Notes: generated from the sequence alone by a model not told the origin. DNA of 63,442 nucleotides, filler included, from Malassezia furfur (GCA_052055015.1; 18 parts of 18 records of this genome joined end to end with filler, not necessarily neighbours in it), one strand, 5' to 3'; positions 1 through 12,525 are shown, counted from the whole stretch's first letter. Numbers and translations are program-made.

Positions 1-262
1 GGTGCGGCCCGTCCGGCTAAACACACCCATCGCGCCGCTGTGGTGCTTTTGGAGACTGTTCTGCACAGCGCTCACCACCAGACCGACCGCGGCACCGAGC
101 GACGCCGCATTGAAGGCGCTGCCCACGGGCGACCGGACGTGGAACACGGGCTCTTCCTCAGCGGACATTGACGATGGTCTTACAACCGAGCGTCCGCAGA
201 AGGGGAACTCGGAAAACATAATTCCCCAACTGTGTGACCCGTGCGTCCGGCCGTCTTCCAGC

Positions 263-1599
263 ATGGACGCCGCCCTTGCCCAGTTTGTGAGCGTGACCGG
301 CGCGTCGTCGGACACGGCACAGTACGTCGCATAGCTTACGCAGGAGCATCCTCGAGTCGACCAACGGCGACGTCTCCGCCGCACTCGCGCTGTTCTACGA
401 CCAGCACGAAGAAGACGCCGCCGCATCGCAGGCCGCGTCATCGACCCCACACGCCGCGCCCGCCACGAGCGCAGCACCTGCGGCACCTGCCGCGCCCACC
501 GGACCGCGCACACTGAGCGGCGCCGTCGCGCACGACCCTGCGCCATGGCCGTCGGCGGCGCCGCGCGCAAAAAGCAGCCAGTCACGGCCGCGCACGGGCG
601 GCATTATGTCGTTCAACGACCTGCGTGGGCGCGAGATGCCCGACGACGAGCACGACGACGACCGTGATCCTGTGAACTTGTTTACCGGTGGCGAGCGCAG
701 TGGCCTGAGTGTCGAGAACCCCGACGCGCGCCGCGGGCAGGACGACGAGAACAGCATCGTGCGCGACATCCTGTCGGAGGCCGCGTCGGCGGCGCAGGGT
801 GCGTCGCGCGCGCACGAGCTCGATCTGCACGGCTCGTCGTCGTCGCCGCGTGTGCAGGCATTCAGTGGCGCGGGCCACTCGATCGGCGGCGCGACGGTGG
901 AGCCGGAGCGGCCAGCGGCAGGGATGCCGGGCGCCTTGGGCGCCGGTGACGAGGAGGACGAGGAGGACGAGGAGCCGGCCGTGCGCCACCTGACGTTCTG
1001 GCAGGACGGCTTCTCGATCGAGGACGGGCCGCTGATGCGCTACGACGACCCGGCGAACCGCGAGACGCTCGAGGCGATCAATGCCGGACGTGCGCCGCTG
1101 TCGCTGCTGAACGTGCGCTTTGGACAGCCCGTTGAGCTGCTGGTCGCGCGGCGCACGAACGAGAAGTACGTGCCGCCGCCGCCGCCGCCGATGCAGCCGT
1201 TTGGCGGGACGGGTAACCGGCTGGGAGCGCCTGCGCCCGCGCGTCCGGCGGCGTCTACGCCTGCGCCTGCGAGCAGCGCGGCGGCGTCTACCTCTGCGCC
1301 CGCGCCGCGCGATGTGCCTGCGGTGGACGAGTCGGCGCCCGTGACGCAGATCCAGGTGCGCCTGCCCGATGGCCAGCGCCTGATTGCGAAGCTGAACCAC
1401 ACGCATACGGTGGGCGATCTGCGGCGCTACATCCAAGCGTATGTACACTATGACTGACGGATCCAGGCATCGCCCCGAGCTTGCCGAGCAGGCGTATACG
1501 CTGCAGACCGGCTTCCCCCCGCGCGCGCTCACGGCCGAGACGCAGTCGGTGGCCGACGCGCAGCTCCTCCACGCGGTGGTGATGGTGAAATTCACGTGA
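263..1599 (+). CDS. SHP1: UBX-domain Cdc48/p97 cofactor Shp1/p47 (UBA-SEP-UBX); introns 322-343 and 1439-1466
   Basis: Spliced product begins MDAALAQFVSVTG..AQSILESTNGDVSAALALFY (UBA-like). SEP domain LTFWQDGFSIEDGPL, SHP box FGGTGNRLG, UBX with GFPPR loop, TGA at 1597-1599. Confidence 0.93.
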
Positions 1600-1942
1600 A
1601 GGTCTAAGTGGAGGTTGAACCAAGATACCCACGTGATTGTACGAAGCGCGTCCGTAGTTGGATTGGCTGGCCTGTGGCCGGTGTGCCAGCACATATCGTA
1701 CCCGACCTGGATTCGTCCAATTATTGCCGGAATCGCCCGAGCCGCATGCACAATCGCCCGGCACGCAGCCTGCGCACGGCGCGGCGGCCAATATTCGGGC
1801 CAAGCACGGCGGATTTGGCAGGGTCCTTTTCCGAAGCACCGGTCGGGTTAAAACAGGTGCAATCTTCGACACTTTTCCTTACCCTCACCCCTTCTTGATC
1901 AAGTACGTTGCCTGCGAAGAAGTGCCCTTCTAACCACCAGCT

Positions 1943-2902
1943 ATGTCTTCCCCGATCTCGGAAGCCAAGGCGGCTCAGCCCAAGACTGTTAGCGGTTTCG
2001 CGACCGACTTCCTGATGGGCGGTGTGTCTGCCGCCGTCGCGAAGACGGCCGCTGCCCCCATTGAGCGTGTGAAGCTCCTGATCCAGAACCAGGATGAGAT
2101 GATCAAGCAGGGTCGTCTCGCCCAGCCCTACAAGGGCATTGGCGACTGCTTCATCCGCACCTACCAGTCCGAGGGTCTCGCCTCGCTCTGGCGCGGTAAC
2201 ACGGCCAACGTCATCCGCTACTTCCCGACGCAGGCCTTGAACTTTGCCTTCAAGGACTACTTCAAGTCGATGTTCGCCGTGTCGAAGAATGCTCCTTACG
2301 TCAAGAAGCTCGGTGCTAACATTGCCTCGGGTGGTGCTGCTGGTGCCTCGTCGCTGGTCTTTGTGTACTCGCTTGACTACGCTCGTACCCGTCTTGCTAA
2401 CGACGCCAAGTCGGCTGCCAAGGGCGGCGGTGAGCGCCAGTTCAACGGTATGATTGACGTGTACCGCAAGACGCTCGCTTCGGACGGTATCGCTGGTCTC
2501 TACCGTGGCTTCATCCCCTCGGTCGTTGGTATCATTGTCTACCGTGGTCTCTACTTCGGTCTCTACGACTCGCTCAAGCCCGTTGTCCTGCCCGGTGAGC
2601 TCTCGAAGAACTTCCTTGCCTCGTTCCTGCTCGGCTGGGTTGTTACTACTTCGGCTGGTCTCGCTTCGTACCCGCTCGACACGATCCGTCGTCGCATGAT
2701 GATGACCTCGGGTGGTACCGTGCACTACAAGAGCATGCTCGACGCTGCCAGCTCGATCGTCGCCAAGGAGGGCATGCGCTCGCTCTTCAAGGGTGCCGGC
2801 GCTAACATTCTCCGTGGTATCGCTGCCGCTGGTACCATCTCGGGCTACGACAAGCTCCAGGAGATCATGTTCGGCAAGGTGTACAAGGGTGGTTCGGGTT
2901 AA
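1943..2902 (+). CDS. AAC2: Mitochondrial ADP/ATP carrier
   Basis: RRRMMM signature, [21 protein letters not shown] and strong high-expression codon bias. Probable 5'-UTR intron at 1903-1940 (GTACGT..CTAAC..CAG). Confidence 0.97.
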   Translation: MSSPISEAKAAQPKTVSGFATDFLMGGVSAAVAKTAAAPIERVKLLIQNQDEMIKQGRLAQPYKGIGDCFIRTYQSEGLASLWRGNTANVIRYFPTQALNFAFKDYFKSMFAVSKNAPYVKKLGANIASGGAAGASSLVFVYSLDYARTRLANDAKSAAKGGGERQFNGMIDVYRKTLASDGIAGLYRGFIPSVVGIIVYRGLYFGLYDSLKPVVLPGELSKNFLASFLLGWVVTTSAGLASYPLDTIRRRMMMTSGGTVHYKSMLDAASSIVAKEGMRSLFKGAGANILRGIAAAGTISGYDKLQEIMFGKVYKGGSG

Positions 2903-3008
2903 ACGACCCGCTCCGGCCTCGCAGTACACGCGGACTCGGTTCGATAGCTTGCTTTCGTTCTCTGGTCCAATGCGCCGTAGCACGTCAATCTACAAAATGG
3001 TTGGCGAC

Positions 3009-3522
3009 TCAACAACAACCGCCCGCGGCGGTGCGGCCGCTGGCGCCGCTGCTGCCGCCCGTGCGCTCCTGCACGTTGACCAGCTCGTGGCGCGCGTCGG
3101 CGCCCGCACGCGTCGGCGGCGGCTTGACCTGGTCGAGCGGGATGTGTTTCGCTGGGTGAGCGCCGTAGGGAACGTACCAATCTCCGTAAACACCTCAAGC
3201 ACATGTTCGCCTGTCTTGGCGCTCGTCTCGAAAAAGAGCAGCTGGTTCTCGTGCGCGTACGCCTCGGCGTCCGCGTACGGCACCTCGCGCTCGGCCGGCG
3301 CGGGCGCCTCGGCGTCGTCCGCGTCGGTGTCGGCGTCGGTGTTCTCTGCGGGCGCCACGAGATCGATCTTGTTCCCGACGAGCGCGATGACGATGTGCGG
3401 GCTGGCCTGGCGCTGCAGCTCCTTGACCCATAGTTTGGCCTTCTCGAACGAGGCCTGTGTGAGGCGTGTGCGCACGTACCGCCTTGGTCACGTCGTAGAC
3501 GACGGCGCTGGCCTGTGCATTG
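3009..3522 (-). CDS. Rab5-family GTPase (Vps21/Ypt52-like), 5' truncated; introns 3455-3479 and 3152-3177
   Basis: [23 protein letters not shown] and FFETSAKTG motifs. The spliced C-terminus ends GGCC*, a geranylgeranylation motif. Confidence 0.9.
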
Positions 3523-3622
3523 NNNNNNNNNNNNNNNNNNNNNNNNNNNNNNNNNNNNNNNNNNNNTTAATTAATTAANNNNNNNNNNNNNNNNNNNNNN
3601 NNNNNNNNNNNNNNNNNNNNNN
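3523..3622. other. Artificial contig-joining spacer (44 N + TTAATTAATTAA + 44 N), first of 17
   Basis: Identical 100-bp spacer with stops in all six frames. The others start at 7137, 10734, 14307, 17878, 21439, 24986, 28522, 32054, 35583, 39097, 42588, 46078, 49555, 53030, 56503 and 59976. Contig lengths never increase along the window. Confidence 0.98.
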
Positions 3623-4443
3623 ATGTTCACGGGCCTGGGTACGTGCGGCGCACTGACGCAGTCGAGACGATTGGGCGTGTGACAGACGTGACGAAGCATG
3701 ATGCCGAGAGCGGATCATATGCGGTGACGATTGGCGACGTAGCGTCGATCTTGGATGACTGCCACACGGGCGACAGCATTGCGGTGAACGGGGTGTGCCT
3801 CACCGTGACGCACTTTGATGCATCCGCGGGCTGGTTCCGTGTGGACTTGGCCCCCGAGACGCTTTTCCGCAGCAATTTGGGTGACCTTGCTCCCGGCTCG
3901 CGCGTGAACTGCGAGCGTGCCATGTCCTCGCACACACGGTTTGGTGGCCACATCGTGCAGGGCCACGTCGATACGATCGCGCGTCTGGTGGCAATGGAGC
4001 CGAACGAGTCGGCACTGACGCTCACGCTGCGCCTGCAATACGACGCGCCGCGCCCCGGTGCCGAGACACTGCCGCTACCGTCGACATTGTCCCCTTACCT
4101 TGTGCCCAAGGGCTTTGTGACGTTAGACGGCACGTCGCTGACGCTCATCGACGTCTCGCCGCCGAATGGCGGTGCGCTCGCGGCACCCGACGACGTGATC
4201 CCCCCGACGGAAACAGTGGACTTCACTGTGATGCTCATCCCGCACACGCAGGAGCACATCGTGTTGCCGACGAAGCGCGTGGGCGATGCCGTGAACGTCG
4301 AGTTCGACATGGTTGGCAAGTACGTCTACCGCTCGATCCTTGGCCAGTTCCAGCGCCTGGACGCGTCGTCGGGCAGCGACGGCGTGCTGAGCTCCACGAT
4401 GCTCGACCGGCTCGTGGAGCGCGCGCTGCGTCGTATTACGTAG
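3623..4443 (+). CDS. RIB5: Riboflavin synthase; 23-nt intron 3639-3661
   Basis: Splicing restores the canonical N-terminus MFTGLVETIG. Also GDSIAVNGVCLTV, RFGGHIVQGHVD and KGFVTLDGTSLT. Confidence 0.96.
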
Positions 4444-4445
4444 TT

Positions 4446-7013
4446 CTACCGTGTTCTGTGTACATTGCGCGCCGCGCGCGCCACGTCCGCGTCCGCAATC
4501 TCTAGACCATCGAGCCACGTCAGCGACGCACATGCCATCCCGCACAGGCCGCGGTACACGGCACGCTGCGTCGCAATCTTGGGCGGGAGCGTCGCGACAA
4601 AGCGCTCGTCGGCGGCGGCAAACAGCGCCGCGGTGCGCCGCCCGGCTTGCTCGCGCACGTCGTCGGTCGGTTCGGGCGCGAGAAGCATGGTGCGCTTGTG
4701 GAACTGCGAGCGGTCCGCGAGCGCCTGCGCCGCGGCGCGCCGCGCCGCAAGCGCTGCCTCGAGCGCCGCCTCGGTGTCGGGCTGCGCGATCGATGGGTGC
4801 GGCACAGGCGGCAACACCTCGTCGTCGGCAGCACCCGCGGGCACGGGAAGCAGCACCGGCGGGTAGAGCCCAAGTGTGCACGGATTCATGCGCACATCGA
4901 GCACGCATAGCGCGTCGTGACCGTCGACCGCATGCACCACCGCCTCGAGCCGCGGCACACGGCCCCCCACCAGGCTCAGCCGCTTGAGCCGCGGCCAAGA
5001 GGCGAGCGGCGGCGGCGCAGCGAGAGGGTTGTGGTCAAGGTTGAGCGTGCGCAGCGCGGGCGTCTGGCGTGGCAAGCGACGCGGCACGTCGGTCAGCTGG
5101 CACCCCGCCAGCTCAAGATAGACGAGACGCGGTGCGCGTGCGCCCAGCACCTCGGCGTCCGTCAACGCATTGCCAGACAGAAAAAGGCGCGCAAGTGATG
5201 CAGGGTTCGCAAGCGGCACGGCAAGGCGTAGATGCTGCTGGCGCAGCGACCAGCGCTCGAGCGCCGCGGCGTCCTCAATGCCGTCGACGCGCGCCAGGCT
5301 GCATCGGTCCGCGTACAACGTGCGCAGCTGCGGCGCACGCCCGACGTCGAGCGTGTGCAGCGCCGTATTCCCGCTCACCCGCAGCGTGTGCAGGCGCGCG
5401 AGGGGCACATCGAGGCGCGTCAACGCATTGTCCTCGACATCGAGCGCCTCGAGCGTGGCGAGCGTCGCAAGACCTTCGAGGCGTGTGAGCGCATTGCGTG
5501 CGGCCCGCAGCGTGGTGATGCGCGGCCAGTGCAGCGCATCGAGCGCGAGGGCGCCGCCGAGCACATTGTCGCGCACGTCGACGTGCTCGAGCCGCGTCAG
5601 CTGCTCGAGGCCGTGCAGGCTGGTGAGCTGGTTGTGTGATGCACGCAGTTCAACGAGCGCCGGAAGATCTGCCAGCGCCGCAAGCGACGTCAGCTCGTTG
5701 GCGCTCACGTCAAGCACCTCGAGGCGACGCAGGTGCGCAAACGACGCGAGCTCCGAGAAGCAGTTGTGGGACGCGGTGAGCATGCGCACCGACGGCGGTA
5801 CGCCTGTGGCAAAAGCCACGCGGTTGTGGTCGATCCACAGTTCCTCGACGTGCGGCACATAGTCCTCCAGCCCGATGCACGACTCGAGGCGCCGCGCACG
5901 CAGGTCAACGCGTGCAAGACGCGCCCAGTCGGGCTCCCACGGCGCCGCATCCGTGAGCAGCTCCAGAAGCCGCTCGCGCGTTAGCCGGAAGGAGGCGCCG
6001 CTCGTGGCGGAGCGATCCGCATCCATGGTGCGTACAGCGCGCGGCGTCGACGTGTCCAGCGCGTCAGACGCGCGCAAGGCGCTCAGCGGACGTGCGCGCG
6101 CAGGCCGCGGTGTGTCGTGCGTCACGTTGAGTTCCTCAAGCTCGGCCAGTACCTGGTCGAGACGCGCGGTGCGGGGCGTAACGTGGGCAGACGACGAGGA
6201 TGGCACGCGCGGCGTGGCTCGTGGCGTGGTATGTGCGTCGCCTCTATGCATCGGAACACCGCGCTCATCCGCAAAGCTGATCGACCGCGACGGCGTACGG
6301 CCGAGCGACTCAGGCTTGCTCTTGAGGATGGAGCGCGGCAGCGACGGCGGTGTATCGGCCATGATGTTGGTACTGCGGTACGCGAGCGGGACACGCTTCC
6401 GTGCTGCAGGCGTCGCGGCGGCCGCAGATGGCGCCTTGGGCGCACCCGCGTGCCATTCTGTAGCCTCAGGGGACGCTGGCGGCTTCGAGTGACGACGCAG
6501 CCGTTTGCTCTGACGCATGTGCTGCAGCGTGCTCGCGTCCGTAGCGTGCGAGACATCTTCGGCATGGGTATCGTGCCCTTCCATGAGCTGCTCGAGTCCG
6601 CTGCGAACGTGCGTGTCGTACTGCACATTGAAAAGACGCAGCGGCACATGCGGCCCGCCGGGTGTCGACGGCGGCGGCGCTTCGCGCGATACGCGGCGGA
6701 CCTCGCGCGGTGCGAGCGGCGTCGAAGACGTTGTGGCGGACGCACCCGTGCGTCCGGCACGCAGTGTGCCCAATCCCGCGCCCGCGCCAGCGCTCGCGCC
6801 AGCGCTCGCGCCAGCGCCTGCGCTCGGCCGCCGCACGCTGTTGCTCGGCGATTGAAACATTTGCTGGAGCTTGATCGGGGAAAACATGTCGCCACCGATC
6901 GCATTGAGCCGCTCACGGCCCTTGGCCGGTGACGCTTTCCACGCCGGCTGGAACATGGGCGGGAGCGTCGACACGTCCGAACGGTGAATCACCGTACCGT
7001 CCTCGGACACCAT
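4446..7013 (-). CDS. NUD1: Leucine-rich-repeat spindle-pole scaffold, Nud1/Cdc11(SIN)-like
   Basis: 855-aa ORF with N-terminal MFSPIKLQQMF motif, a low-complexity middle, a long LRR array and a C-terminal LDVRMNPCTLGLYPP...LTWLDGL cap. Orthology is from remembered motif resemblance. Confidence 0.72.
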   Translation of the reverse strand: MVSEDGTVIHRSDVSTLPPMFQPAWKASPAKGRERLNAIGGDMFSPIKLQQMFQSPSNSVRRPSAGAGASAGASAGAGAGLGTLRAGRTGASATTSSTPLAPREVRRVSREAPPPSTPGGPHVPLRLFNVQYDTHVRSGLEQLMEGHDTHAEDVSHATDASTLQHMRQSKRLRRHSKPPASPEATEWHAGAPKAPSAAAATPAARKRVPLAYRSTNIMADTPPSLPRSILKSKPESLGRTPSRSISFADERGVPMHRGDAHTTPRATPRVPSSSSAHVTPRTARLDQVLAELEELNVTHDTPRPARARPLSALRASDALDTSTPRAVRTMDADRSATSGASFRLTRERLLELLTDAAPWEPDWARLARVDLRARRLESCIGLEDYVPHVEELWIDHNRVAFATGVPPSVRMLTASHNCFSELASFAHLRRLEVLDVSANELTSLAALADLPALVELRASHNQLTSLHGLEQLTRLEHVDVRDNVLGGALALDALHWPRITTLRAARNALTRLEGLATLATLEALDVEDNALTRLDVPLARLHTLRVSGNTALHTLDVGRAPQLRTLYADRCSLARVDGIEDAAALERWSLRQQHLRLAVPLANPASLARLFLSGNALTDAEVLGARAPRLVYLELAGCQLTDVPRRLPRQTPALRTLNLDHNPLAAPPPLASWPRLKRLSLVGGRVPRLEAVVHAVDGHDALCVLDVRMNPCTLGLYPPVLLPVPAGAADDEVLPPVPHPSIAQPDTEAALEAALAARRAAAQALADRSQFHKRTMLLAPEPTDDVREQAGRRTAALFAAADERFVATLPPKIATQRAVYRGLCGMACASLTWLDGLEIADADVARAARNVHRTR

Positions 7014-7236
7014 CGTCGCTTGCGGTCGCCCCGGCCTCGGACGCGCGCGCGCGTCCCAACACTATCACGTGATATACGCGTCGCGCGCGGCACGTGCGAA
7101 AGCAACACGGCGCCCACGACCATCGCGGCGCACGATNNNNNNNNNNNNNNNNNNNNNNNNNNNNNNNNNNNNNNNNNNNNTTAATTAATTAANNNNNNNN
7201 NNNNNNNNNNNNNNNNNNNNNNNNNNNNNNNNNNNN

Positions 7237-8130
7237 GCGGCGAGACGTCCGAGCACGCGCGGCGGCTCTGGACCGAGACGCCCGAGCAGCGTGCGCAGCG
7301 CATCCTGCGGGGCGGCGACGATGCGGCGGCCGACGCGGCGGCCGACGAGGATGCGCGCGAGCGGCTTGCGCGCGAGCAGGCCGCGAAGCGCGATGCCGAG
7401 ATCCGTGCGCAGATTGAGCAGATGGTACGTATATGGCTTATGGAAGGACGCGACGCGGCGTGCGCCGTTGATGGAGCAGCACCGGCAGAAGCAGATTGAC
7501 GAGGTGAAGCGGCGGCGTGCCGAGCGGGACGGGGGCGAGCGCGGCGAGCGCGGCGAGCGCGGCGAGCGCGGCGAGCCAGGGGAGTCCGGCGAGGGAAAGT
7601 GGAGCGAGGGGCGTGCGAGGGAGTGGAGGGGTTCGGAGAAAGATCGGGAGCGGTCCGAAGGGCGCGAGCGGGCGCGTTCCGAAGGGCGCGAGCGGGAGCG
7701 TTCCGAGCGGCATGAGCGGGAGCGTGCCGAGCGCCACGCGCGCCACGAGCGGGAGCGGTCCGAGCGCCACGAGCGGCACGAGCGGGAGCGGGCCGAGCGG
7801 CATGAGCGCCACCGGCGCGAGCGGCACGAACGCGAGCGCGAGCGCTCCGAGCGCCACCGCGACGACCGGCACCGCTCCGACCGCTCCGAGCGCCACCACT
7901 CCGAGCGCCACCGGCACCGCCGGCGCTCGGCGTCGCCGCCGCGGCGCAAGACGCGTGCGGAGCGCGAGGCCGAGGACCTCGCGCACCCCCCCACGCCGCT
8001 GTTCGACAAAGACAAGGTGCTGGGCGCCGGCGCGCGCATGATGGACGAGCGCACGCGCGCGCGCACCGTCGCGGACGCCGCGGAGCTGGGTGCGCGCTTC
8101 GCGAACGGCGCGCGAGGGGCGTTTCTGTAG
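7237..8130 (+). CDS. DUF3752/GPALPP1-like protein with E/R/H-rich insert, 5' truncated; probable 22-nt intron 7425-7446
   Basis: [12 protein letters not shown] and C-terminal FDKDKVL...[10 protein letters not shown] resemble DUF3752. The intron joins the two reading frames. Confidence 0.6.
   Translation, partial: AARRPSTRGGSGPRRPSSVRSASCGAATMRRPTRRPTRMRASGLRASRPRSAMPRSVRRLSRWYVYGLWKDATRRAPLMEQHRQKQIDEVKRRRAERDGGERGERGERGERGEPGESGEGKWSEGRAREWRGSEKDRERSEGRERARSEGRERERSERHERERAERHARHERERSERHERHERERAERHERHRRERHERERERSERHRDDRHRSDRSERHHSERHRHRRRSASPPRRKTRAEREAEDLAHPPTPLFDKDKVLGAGARMMDERTRARTVADAAELGARFANGARGAFL
7537..7925 (+). repeat. Coding low-complexity repeat (GER/ERH/ERS units; GAGCGC/GAGCGG-rich)
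   Basis: GGCGAGCGC tandem units followed by degenerate GAGCGG/CACGAG units. Confidence 0.75.
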
Positions 8131-8244
8131 TCGTGTGGCCATAGCGCCTCCACATTCTTTCGTTCGGCCGAGCGCAGCGGGGCCGGTGCGGCGCGCGCGC
8201 GGCTCCCTCTCCCAGTCACGAGCTGCGTGTGTGGGCGGGACGCG

Positions 8245-9961
8245 ATGGGAAATCTGTGCAGTTGCTGTGCCGGCGCGCGCGGTCCGCAGTACGAGCCGCT
8301 CCTGCTCGACAACGAGCGGGATGCGGTGGCTGATCTCTTGCAGTACCTGGAGAGTGCGTATCGCACCGCATGCTGACGCAGACCGCTCCGAGACCGACTT
8401 TTTCGCTGGGGAGCCGCTGCGGGCGCTGTCGACGCTGTCGTTCAGCGATAACGTGGACCTGCAGCGGAGTGCGGCGCTCGCGTTTGCCGAGATCACCGAG
8501 AAGGAGGTGCGCGAGGTGGGCCGCGAGACGCTGGAGCCCGTGCTGTTTCTGCTGCAATCGCACGACGTCGAGGTGCAGCGCGCGTCGTCGGCGGCGCTCG
8601 GCAACCTCGCGGTGAACCCCGAGAACAAGCTGCTGATCGTCAAGCTCGGCGGGCTCGAGCCGCTGATCCGGCAGATGCTCAGCCCGAACGTCGAGGTGCA
8701 GTGCAACGCCGTGGGCTGCATCACCAACCTCGCGACGCACGACGAGAACAAGACGAAGATCGCCAAGTCGGGTGCGCTCGTGCCGCTGACGCGCCTCGCG
8801 CGCTCGAAGGATATCCGTGTGCAGCGCAACGCCGCGGGCGCGCTGCTCAACATGACGCACAGCGACGAGAACCGGCAGCAGCTCGTGAACGCCGGCGCGA
8901 TTAGCGTGCTGGTGACGCTGCTGGCGAGCCCCGACATGGACGTGCAGTACTACTGCACGACCGCGCTGAGCAACATCGCGGTCGACGCCGTGAACCGCAA
9001 GAAGCTCGCGCAGAGCGAGCCGCGCCTCGTGCAGAACCTCATCGGGCTGATGGAGAGCGGCAGCCTCAAGGTGCAGTGCCAGGCGGCGCTCGCGCTGCGC
9101 AACCTCGCGAGCGACGAAAAGTACCAGATCGAGATCGTGCGCAGCAACGGCCTGCCGCCGCTGCTGCGCCTGCTCCGCTCGTCGTTCCTGCCGCTCATCC
9201 TCTCCGCCGCCGCGTGCGTGCGCAATGTGTCGATCCACCCGCAGAACGAGAGCCCGATCATCGACGCGGGCTTCCTGCACCCGCTCATCGAGCTGCTCAG
9301 CCACGAGGAGAACGAGGAGCTGCAGTGCCACGCGATCAGCACGCTGCGCAACCTCGCGGCGAGCAGCGAGCGCAACAAGGCCGCGATCATCGACGCGGGC
9401 GCCGTCGAGCGCATCAAGGAGCTGGCGCTGCACGTGCCGCTGAGCGTGCAGAGCGAGATGACGGCGTGCACGGCGGTGCTCGCGCTGTCCGAGGACCTCA
9501 AGCCGCAGCTGCTCGACCTCGGCATCCTCGAGGTGCTGTTGCCGCTCACCGCGTCGCCCTCGATCGAGGTGCAGGGCAACTCGGCGGCGGCGATCGGCAA
9601 CCTGAGCAGCAAGTCGGACGACTACGCGCCGTTCAACGCGGTGTGGGACAAGCCGAACAGCGGCCTGCACGGCTACCTCGTCCGCTTCCTCGAGTCGGAC
9701 GACACCACCTTCCAGCACATCGCCGTCTGGACGCTCGTCCAGCTGCTCGAGTCGGGCAATGCCGAGCTCGAGCAGCATGTGCGCGACAGCGCGCACATCC
9801 GCGCGCTCGTGCGCCAGCTCCAGAGCCGCACCGACGCCGACGACGAGCGCGCCGACGACGACGACACGTCGCAGGCCGACTCGGCGACGCCCGAGCGCGA
9901 GATCGCCGCGCTCTCGCGGCGCATCGACGAGATCCTCGAGGGGGGGGACAACACGTCGTAG
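8245..9961 (+). CDS. VAC8: Vacuolar armadillo-repeat protein Vac8; intron 8354-8381
   Basis: Spliced N-terminus MGNLCSCC (myristoylation/palmitoylation) ... [26 protein letters not shown] repeats including [15 protein letters not shown]. Confidence 0.97.
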
Positions 9962-9994
9962 TGGTGTAGCAGCAAGGTTCTATATCAAAGGCAG

Positions 9995-10442
9995 CTATTC
10001 CTCCGGCGCGGGGTAGTTCACCTCGGGGTTGAAGAAGAGCGACTGGTTGCCCCACGGGAACTGCTTGTGCCGCAGGTTCAGGTAGCTGTACTCGGCACGC
10101 TCCGGCAGCTGCCCGTCGTTCTCCTCGAGGACGTGCTTCGTGTGCGCGTGGTGCGCGCTCTCGATCTTGTACGCGTACGCGCCAAACACGATGCACCCAG
10201 GCACCAGCACAAACAGCGACGCGTTGCGCCACATGCCGGTCGTCTCTGCGGCGTGTCAGCTCGGGGGGATGGGACAACGTACTGGCAGCATGCTCAAACG
10301 TCTCGTGACGCGCCTCGGCAAACGCCTTCGCCGCCGCCGTGTCGGGGCGCCAGTACGCCTCGGCCTCGGTGGCCAGCGAGCGGCGCGCCGCAGGCGCAGC
10401 ACGCACAAATGCAGCACGGGGGATGGCACGCAGCATCGACAT
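9995..10442 (-). CDS. COX13: Cytochrome c oxidase subunit VIa; intron 10246-10282
   Basis: Mitochondrial presequence, HAAKTTGMWRNAS, one TM helix, and YLNLRHKQFPWGNQSLFFNPEVN. Confidence 0.93.
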
Positions 10443-10833
10443 GGCGAAAATGAAGGGGCGGATAAGCGCCGCGCAGAGCCCTCGGCCCGGCCGGGTCCGA
10501 GGTCACGTGCTGTGGTCAGCAAGCTCGCGTGGCGCGCGCCGCCTCAGGCACTGGGCGGCCCCGCACGCCGCACGGGCGCACGCGGACCGCTGGCGCTCAG
10601 GAGTCACGCGTAAGGATGACACACATCCTCGGCGGCGCTTCTGCTACGTACCTAGCCGCCGTCGCGCCGCGCGCCGCGCGGCCCCAAGGACGGCTCCGCC
10701 GGCGCGGAGGAGGGGGGAGAGGTGCCCAGTGCGNNNNNNNNNNNNNNNNNNNNNNNNNNNNNNNNNNNNNNNNNNNNTTAATTAATTAANNNNNNNNNNN
10801 NNNNNNNNNNNNNNNNNNNNNNNNNNNNNNNNN

Positions 10834-12282
10834 CGGTGCCGCGCTCGTCATCACGCCCAGCTCGCTCGCGGGCAGCAGTGCGGGCGCCGCAGGCGCACCG
10901 ACGGCCGTCAGCGGGACGGCCGAGTCGGGGCGCGTCTCGCTCGTGCTGATCGGTGGCGCCAAGGTCGGCGCGGCGTACGGCGCATGCGCCAGGGACGCGT
11001 CCGATGCGTCGGTGGCCATGTGCTCCACGCCCGAGTGCCCGTCGTGCAGCGTGAGGGTGCTGGGCGCACTGGACATCCCCGACGTCGGCGGCACCTGCAC
11101 GGTCGAGTACGGCGAGGAGGTCGACGTCGAGGGCCCACCGTGTGCCGCCGCATCCAAGGCAGGCGGCGTCGTGACCTGCGCGCGCGTAGCCGACGTCGTG
11201 ACCGACGTGGGCGCGATCGGCGTCGAAGCCAGCGACGTCGGTGCGTCGAGCGTCGCGATCGACGCGCGCGCCGATGGCGCCGTGCCCGACGCGCCGCTGG
11301 GGCGCGCTTCGCGGCCGAGGAAGAGGTCGGGCGCGGCGTTGCCGTTGGCACGCGGCTCGTGCGACGTGCCAAACAGCATGCGCGCGGGCAGCGACCGCGT
11401 GCTCTGGTCGGCCTCCTCCTTGTCGCCGAGCGGCGCGCCGCGGGGCGACACGCTCAGCCCATCGAGCTTGCGGAGCACGTCCGTGGAGCTCAGTCCGAGG
11501 AACTTGCGTGCGCTGTGCGCGCTGGACGGCGTGGCCGATTGTGCGTGCGTCTGCGACGACTCGCTCGGCTCGCGCCGCAAAAAGTTGGGCAAAAACGAAG
11601 AAGAAGAGATCCGCTGCGAGCGCCGCTGCGGCGTCGCCCCGGACGACACGTTGGGTGAGCGGGCAAGCGGCGAGGCCGCGGGCGATGCACTTGTCGACGC
11701 GCCCGACGCACCCACCGAGCGCTCGGGCGATCCGCGTGTGTGTGACATGCTCGGTGGCGATGCGGGTGTCTCGCTAATATGCTGCATCGACGCAAACGCC
11801 TGGAGCGACGCCCGCGGCTCGCTGCGCGGCGGCAGCGCAGGCGCGACCGAGTACGAGATTGCGCGTGCGTGGCGCGCGGCGGCCTGCTGCTGTTGTGTGA
11901 GCGGGCTGCTCGACAATTCGGTGGGTATGTGCGAGGGGGCGCGGCTCGGCGACGCAATCGGCGTTCCCTGCACGCCCGTAGGGAAGCGCTCACCGAGCTG
12001 CGCCGACCACCGTGGCGTGGCGAGCTCACCGATCCCGACCTGGCCGGACCGATCGTAGGTGCGTGGCGAGGCAGGCGAACTGTAGGGGTAGTCGTACGGC
12101 GAGGTAGCGGTCAGGCTTGGCATCGCCTGCGTCTGCGCCGACCGCTGAGGGGTGCCAAGACTGGGTGGACTTTGCGGCGAAGACGCCATCGCAGCCAAGC
12201 CAAACCCGTCTGCCCCGATATCGAGGGGGGGCGCAGCGACAGGATCGGCAGCCGCTCGCCAGGGAGGGCCATGCGCGTCCAT
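10834..12282 (-). CDS. Uncharacterised Ser/Pro-rich protein, N-terminal part (copy A), 3' truncated
   Basis: Long open frame from MDAHGPPW, conserved with the copy at 16431-17877 (in-frame indels only). Contains the motif GQVGIGELATPRW. Confidence 0.7.
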
Positions 12283-12525
12283 CGTAGCCGCGTCGCCAAA
12301 GTGGGGTGTGGCCGCACCGTCAGTACCGACACCGCACGATGCGTGGATGCGAGCTGCGCCGCCAACGCGAGCAGGCCCTGCAGGGTGGCGCATACACGTG
12401 CAGGACATCGGGCCCCCTAGGCCCATGTTCATGCCTCCACATGCACTCCGGCCACCGTGTGGCTGGTGCGTTGGGGATCGACGGGAGGGACAAACGACAG
12501 GGGAACCCACTCCACATTTCGGCCG

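Noticed and set aside
10616..10733. Possible gene start MTHILGG at the contig end
   Set aside because: Too short to support or identify.
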